Origin: Anaerolineae bacterium
Lineage (GTDB): Bacteria; Chloroflexota; Anaerolineae; Epilineales; JAHCIE01
DNA length: 28,610 bases
Direction of reading: 5' to 3'
Assembly (NCBI GenBank): GCA_026129385.1
Contig: JAHCIE010000003.1
Coordinates: forward strand, 1-28,610
The notes below the pieces were generated by a model. That model had not been told where the DNA came from, searched no databases, and saw only the letters and a program-made list of their open reading frames with translations. Every line of letters starts with the position of its first letter. Position 1 is the first letter of the stretch. Both the position numbers and the translations under genes were made by a program. This document shows positions 25,214 through 28,610 of this stretch, one piece after another.

Positions 25214-27451
25214 ATGAGGAACCCCATCGCCATGCGCCTCAACATCGTGCCCACATCCCTTCGGCTCGCGGCGGCGGTCGGCCTGGCCGCCCTGCTGCTG
25301 GCGCGGGGCGGCCCCCTGTCGGCGGCCAGCCCATCCATATGCGATAACCCGCCCAATCCTGTCGTGGCGGAGAATTGTCGCCCTGGTGCGGCCGACTGGG
25401 CCGTGACGCGGCCGCTCGGCGACATCGAGGGCTTCGCCTCACCCACCAGTGTCGCGCCCGGTGCGACGCTTCAGTTTCGTGTCAACACCGATGCGCCGAC
25501 GTTTAACCTGGACATCTATCGCACGGGCTACTACGGAGGCGCCGGCGCGCGCCTGGTCGACAGCATCACCGATCTACCGGGCCAGGTGCAGCCCGATTGC
25601 CGCACCGACCCACGCCTGGGCCTCACGAGTTGCGCCAACTGGTCGCCCTCCCACACCTTGACGGTGCCCAGCGACTGGGCGAGCGGCGTCTACCTTGCTC
25701 GGCTCACGCGGCCCGATACCGGCGGCCAGGCGCATGTGACGTTCGTCGTGCGCGACGACTCGCGCCAGGCGTCCATCTTCTACCCGTTGGCGCTCACGAC
25801 GTACCAGGCCTACAACTGGTTTGGCGGCAAGTCCCTCTACAGCGTCTCCAGTGGGGCCTGCCGCACCGTCGCCGAAGCCCCGCGCGCTGTCAAGGTGTCC
25901 CTCGACCGCCCGCTGGCTTTGTCTGTGCCCTACTTCAACACCTACGAGTGGGCCGACTTCCCGATGGTCTACTGGCTGGAGAGTCAGGGCTACGACGTGA
26001 GCTATGGGACCAGCCTGGACGTCCACCAGGCGGGTAAAGCCGGTGCGCCCAACACCCTCCTGCAGCATCAGATCATCCTCATTGCGGGCCATGACGAGTA
26101 CTGGTCGGGTGAGATGCGCGATGCGATGATGGCGGCGCGTGACGCGGGGGTAAATCTCGCCTTCCTGTCGTCGAACGTCAGTTACTGGCGCATCCGATTT
26201 GAGCCAGACCCCTGGACCGGCGAGGCGGACCGCGTCATAGTAGGCTATAAGACGACCGAGAGCGGCAACCCCGACCCCAGTGGCGTGCCGACCGGAACAT
26301 GGCGCGACCCAGCGGGGGCGAACGACCCGGAGAATGAGCTCGTCGGCATCCAATATGTGGGCGACAATGACATCCGCTTCTTCCCGCTCCGCGTGACGGC
26401 TGAGCATGCCGCCGACCGCCTGTACCGGCATACCGACTTGCAGGCCATGCCCCCCGGCACGTATGCCGACATCGGGCGACACATTATCGGTTGGGAGTGG
26501 GACGCGATCACCGACAACGGGCGCACGCCCGGCGGCATTAATATCCTGGCCGAGACACCGGTCTTTGGCAGTCTGCTGACCGATGACGGCGGCGCCTACG
26601 AGTTGGGTACAACCACCAGCCACGTCACCCGCTATGTGGCCCCCAGCGGCGCCACGGTCTTTGCGGCGGGCACCAACCTGTGGCCGTGGGGGCTGGCGCT
26701 GGTCGAGCCGGATGGCCGCCTGCAACAGATCACGGTCAATCTCCTGGCTGACATGGGAGTCCGGCCGGCGATGCCGGCGCATCATATCCAGCTCGATGAC
26801 ACGCCCGCCAGGAGTGGCGAGGCGGCCCTGACCGAAGACGCCTCAGCGACGGGGACAGCGGCCAGCGTTGGCCGCGCTATCCGGGATGCCCTGGCCTCGA
26901 TGGACCTTGATATGACCGCCCAGGGCGAAGAGGCCAGTTCCTCCACGGCCGCCCGCCCCATGCCCGCGCCGGGTGGGCCGACGCTATCGCCCGCCCGCAC
27001 CTCTATCGTCGGCGACGCAGCGACCATAGAGTGGGAGACGGACATTCCCAGCAGCGGTCAGGCCTGGATCTGGCGGGAGAAGGGGCGAGTCGACTGGAGC
27101 CTCGCGAACCTCGCCTTTGGGCAGCTGCCGAGCATCGGGGATGGCGCGCATGAGACGCCCTCGCTCTCCCACTCCATAGCCATCGATGGGTTGGACCCCA
27201 GCTCCACCTACTACTATCAGATCGCCTCGACCGACACCGACGGGCGCACCACCATCGCCGCGCCCGCGGAGTTGCGCACGCCCAGAGGATCGGCGAAGGC
27301 CGAAGCCCAGCGACTCCTGCGACCGGTCTACCAGCGCATCCGCTGCGAAATCCAGATCAGTGGGCCGGCGCCAATCGGCCTGTTCGTGATGGCAGTCATG
27401 CTCTGCCTGGTCGCGGCTTCCTACGTAGCGTACCAGAGATGGGCGCGGTGA
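25214..27451 (+). CDS. Secreted, C-terminally membrane-anchored protein: N,N-dimethylformamidase-beta-subunit-like domain + FN3/purple-acid-phosphatase-N-like domain
   Basis: Signal peptide: LRLAAAVGLAALLLARGGPLSAAS. The DMFase-beta-like family region is ENCRPGAADWAV...IEGFASPTSVAPGATLQFRV...DIYRTGYYGGAGARLV...SGVYLARL...FVVRDD...TTYQAYNWFGGKSLY. The FN3-like region (about 26978-27285) is ATIEWETD...HSIAIDGLDPSSTYYYQIASTD. The terminal TM helix is IGLFVMAVMLCLVAASYVAY. Confidence 0.7.
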   Translation: MRNPIAMRLNIVPTSLRLAAAVGLAALLLARGGPLSAASPSICDNPPNPVVAENCRPGAADWAVTRPLGDIEGFASPTSVAPGATLQFRVNTDAPTFNLDIYRTGYYGGAGARLVDSITDLPGQVQPDCRTDPRLGLTSCANWSPSHTLTVPSDWASGVYLARLTRPDTGGQAHVTFVVRDDSRQASIFYPLALTTYQAYNWFGGKSLYSVSSGACRTVAEAPRAVKVSLDRPLALSVPYFNTYEWADFPMVYWLESQGYDVSYGTSLDVHQAGKAGAPNTLLQHQIILIAGHDEYWSGEMRDAMMAARDAGVNLAFLSSNVSYWRIRFEPDPWTGEADRVIVGYKTTESGNPDPSGVPTGTWRDPAGANDPENELVGIQYVGDNDIRFFPLRVTAEHAADRLYRHTDLQAMPPGTYADIGRHIIGWEWDAITDNGRTPGGINILAETPVFGSLLTDDGGAYELGTTTSHVTRYVAPSGATVFAAGTNLWPWGLALVEPDGRLQQITVNLLADMGVRPAMPAHHIQLDDTPARSGEAALTEDASATGTAASVGRAIRDALASMDLDMTAQGEEASSSTAARPMPAPGGPTLSPARTSIVGDAATIEWETDIPSSGQAWIWREKGRVDWSLANLAFGQLPSIGDGAHETPSLSHSIAIDGLDPSSTYYYQIASTDTDGRTTIAAPAELRTPRGSAKAEAQRLLRPVYQRIRCEIQISGPAPIGLFVMAVMLCLVAASYVAYQRWAR

Positions 27452-27458
27452 GGTTCAT

Positions 27459-28610
27459 ATGACAGACTGGACGGTGGGCGTTCCGCAGCGCGTACGGGCG
27501 TCCCTGCCGGCGCGCTACAGGCAGCTGACGTTGGGTGAGCGACTGGCCCTGCTGGCGCTCCTGGTCTTGCTGCCCGTGGTTACGCTCTACAACCTGCCCT
27601 ACGGGCCACGGACCTGGCACGATGAGGGCGCCGCCCTGAACGTCGCCAAGACCCTCGCCACGGAGGGGGTCTACGCGATGCGCAACTCCGACGGCTATCA
27701 GACGTTCGGCCCCATCCAGAGCGTCGGGCCAACGGTTCTGCTGCCCGTCGCGCTGGCTCTCAAGCTGTTCGGCATCGGCCTGTTGCAGGCCCGCCTGGTA
27801 GCGGCGGCCTACCTGTGCCTGCTGCTCGCCGTTGCGGCGTTCCTCGCCTGGCGACTCTTTGGGCTGCGGACGGCCATCGTGACGATATTCCTGCTGCTGG
27901 CTGTACAGGATGTGCGACTCCTGTACTTCGGGCGTCAGGTGCTGGGCGAAGCGCCCGCCCTCATGTTCTTTCTGGGTGGGGTAGGCCTGTTCACTCTGAA
28001 GGCGCGCGGTCGACTGCTTGTCGCCGTGGCAGCCGGGCTACTCATCGGCGCGGCCATGGTGACGAAAAGCACCTATATCGCCATTGGCTTCGTGACGTTG
28101 GCCATGATGGGCGGCCTCGACTGGTTCTACTACCGCCAGCACAATCGGCGCGGGCTGGTCGTAGCCGTCCTCGTTGCCGCCGCGTGTGTCGTGGCCTGGA
28201 TGGGGGCGCAATACGCCTACTTCGGGCCTGACATCTTCTGGGACAACTCCAGGAAGATGCAGCAGTTAGCGACCGGCACGACAGGCTTCAACCCGCGGGT
28301 GATGGCCGCATCCCTGCAATTCTTCATGGGCTCCGGATCGGGGCACTTCCTGTACCTCTGGGGTCTCCCGGCCCTCCTCTATGGAGTCTTCCTGGCCCGG
28401 CGCCGCGACCAGTCCGGCTTCATAGCTGCCTTGCTGCTCATCTTTGCCGTCCTCTGGCTGGGCTATTACTTCTGGAGCGTCCCCTGGATCGCCTACCTCT
28501 TCGCCCCGGCCGCCATCGCGGCCTTCTTCGTCGCGAAGCTCTGGCACGATCTGACCGCTGGCTTCACGCTACCCGGAGCAGCCCTGCGCCAGGAATGGGA
28601 CCAGGGGCGA
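27459..28610 (+). CDS. GT-C fold polyprenyl-phosphate-sugar-dependent glycosyltransferase (PMT/ArnT, GT39/GT83-like), 3'-truncated by the window edge
   Basis: Not in the ORF track because no stop is reached. My hand translation from ATG 27459 stays open for 384 codons: MTDWTVGVPQRV...LLALLVLLPVVTLYNLPYGPRTWHDEGAALNVAKTLATEGVY... followed by at least 9 hydrophobic helices. The first-loop acidic motif WHDEG is typical of GT-C enzymes. The track ORF 27815..28231 is an out-of-frame shadow. Confidence 0.75.
   Translation, partial: MTDWTVGVPQRVRASLPARYRQLTLGERLALLALLVLLPVVTLYNLPYGPRTWHDEGAALNVAKTLATEGVYAMRNSDGYQTFGPIQSVGPTVLLPVALALKLFGIGLLQARLVAAAYLCLLLAVAAFLAWRLFGLRTAIVTIFLLLAVQDVRLLYFGRQVLGEAPALMFFLGGVGLFTLKARGRLLVAVAAGLLIGAAMVTKSTYIAIGFVTLAMMGGLDWFYYRQHNRRGLVVAVLVAAACVVAWMGAQYAYFGPDIFWDNSRKMQQLATGTTGFNPRVMAASLQFFMGSGSGHFLYLWGLPALLYGVFLARRRDQSGFIAALLLIFAVLWLGYYFWSVPWIAYLFAPAAIAAFFVAKLWHDLTAGFTLPGAALRQEWDQGR

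Noticed and set aside
27815-28231. 138-aa track ORF.
   Set aside because: It is out of frame relative to the open GT-C reading frame that starts at 27459 and stays open to the window end. Its composition is Arg/Gly-rich junk.

Overview
High-GC bacterial chromosomal segment. Composition and protein families suggest Chloroflexota or Actinomycetota, but I cannot resolve this without a search. I saw no rRNA, tRNA, CRISPR array, transposase or integrase. The ORF track writes GTG/TTG starts as M, and I re-picked several starts from Shine-Dalgarno context. Nt 1-8600 hold the 3' part of ppk1; a minus-strand operon (CDGSH Fe-S protein, dual-specificity-phosphatase-like fusion, DUF308/HdeD-like membrane protein); a Tat-lipoprotein dienelactone hydrolase with a helical hypothetical; and a GH130 mannoside phosphorylase with a type I phosphomannose isomerase. 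Nt 8800-12840 hold a small Cys-rich ORF and a 1182-aa STAND regulator (NB-ARC ATPase + TPR) whose SARP module (winged helix + BTAD) sits at the C-terminus. This is the reverse of the AfsR layout. The most interesting part is 12.9-28.6 kb, which runs off the window. It starts with a triple 12-bp direct repeat placed like an activator box in front of a -10-like element. About 600 nt of non-coding leader follow, carrying a duplicated 22-23-nt element. Next comes a NusG/RfaH-like paralog that heads a tightly packed co-directional operon. That operon encodes an HddA-like GHMP sugar kinase, a GmhB-like phosphatase, a hexapeptide acyltransferase, a membrane-anchored GT2, a B12-binding radical SAM enzyme, a polytopic membrane protein broken by two 1-nt shifts in poly-C runs, a second GT2, an ArnE-like small flippase, a UDP-GlcNAc 2-epimerase, a PPO-like flavoprotein, a secreted membrane-anchored DMFase-beta-like/FN3 protein, and a GT-C (PMT/ArnT-like) transferase. 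I read this as a lipid-carrier extracytoplasmic glycosylation system with unusual radical-SAM and flavin tailoring, probably under a STAND-SARP then NusG-paralog regulatory cascade. The product is unknown. Several apparent gene lesions sit at homopolymers, so assembly error must be excluded before calling them pseudogenes.
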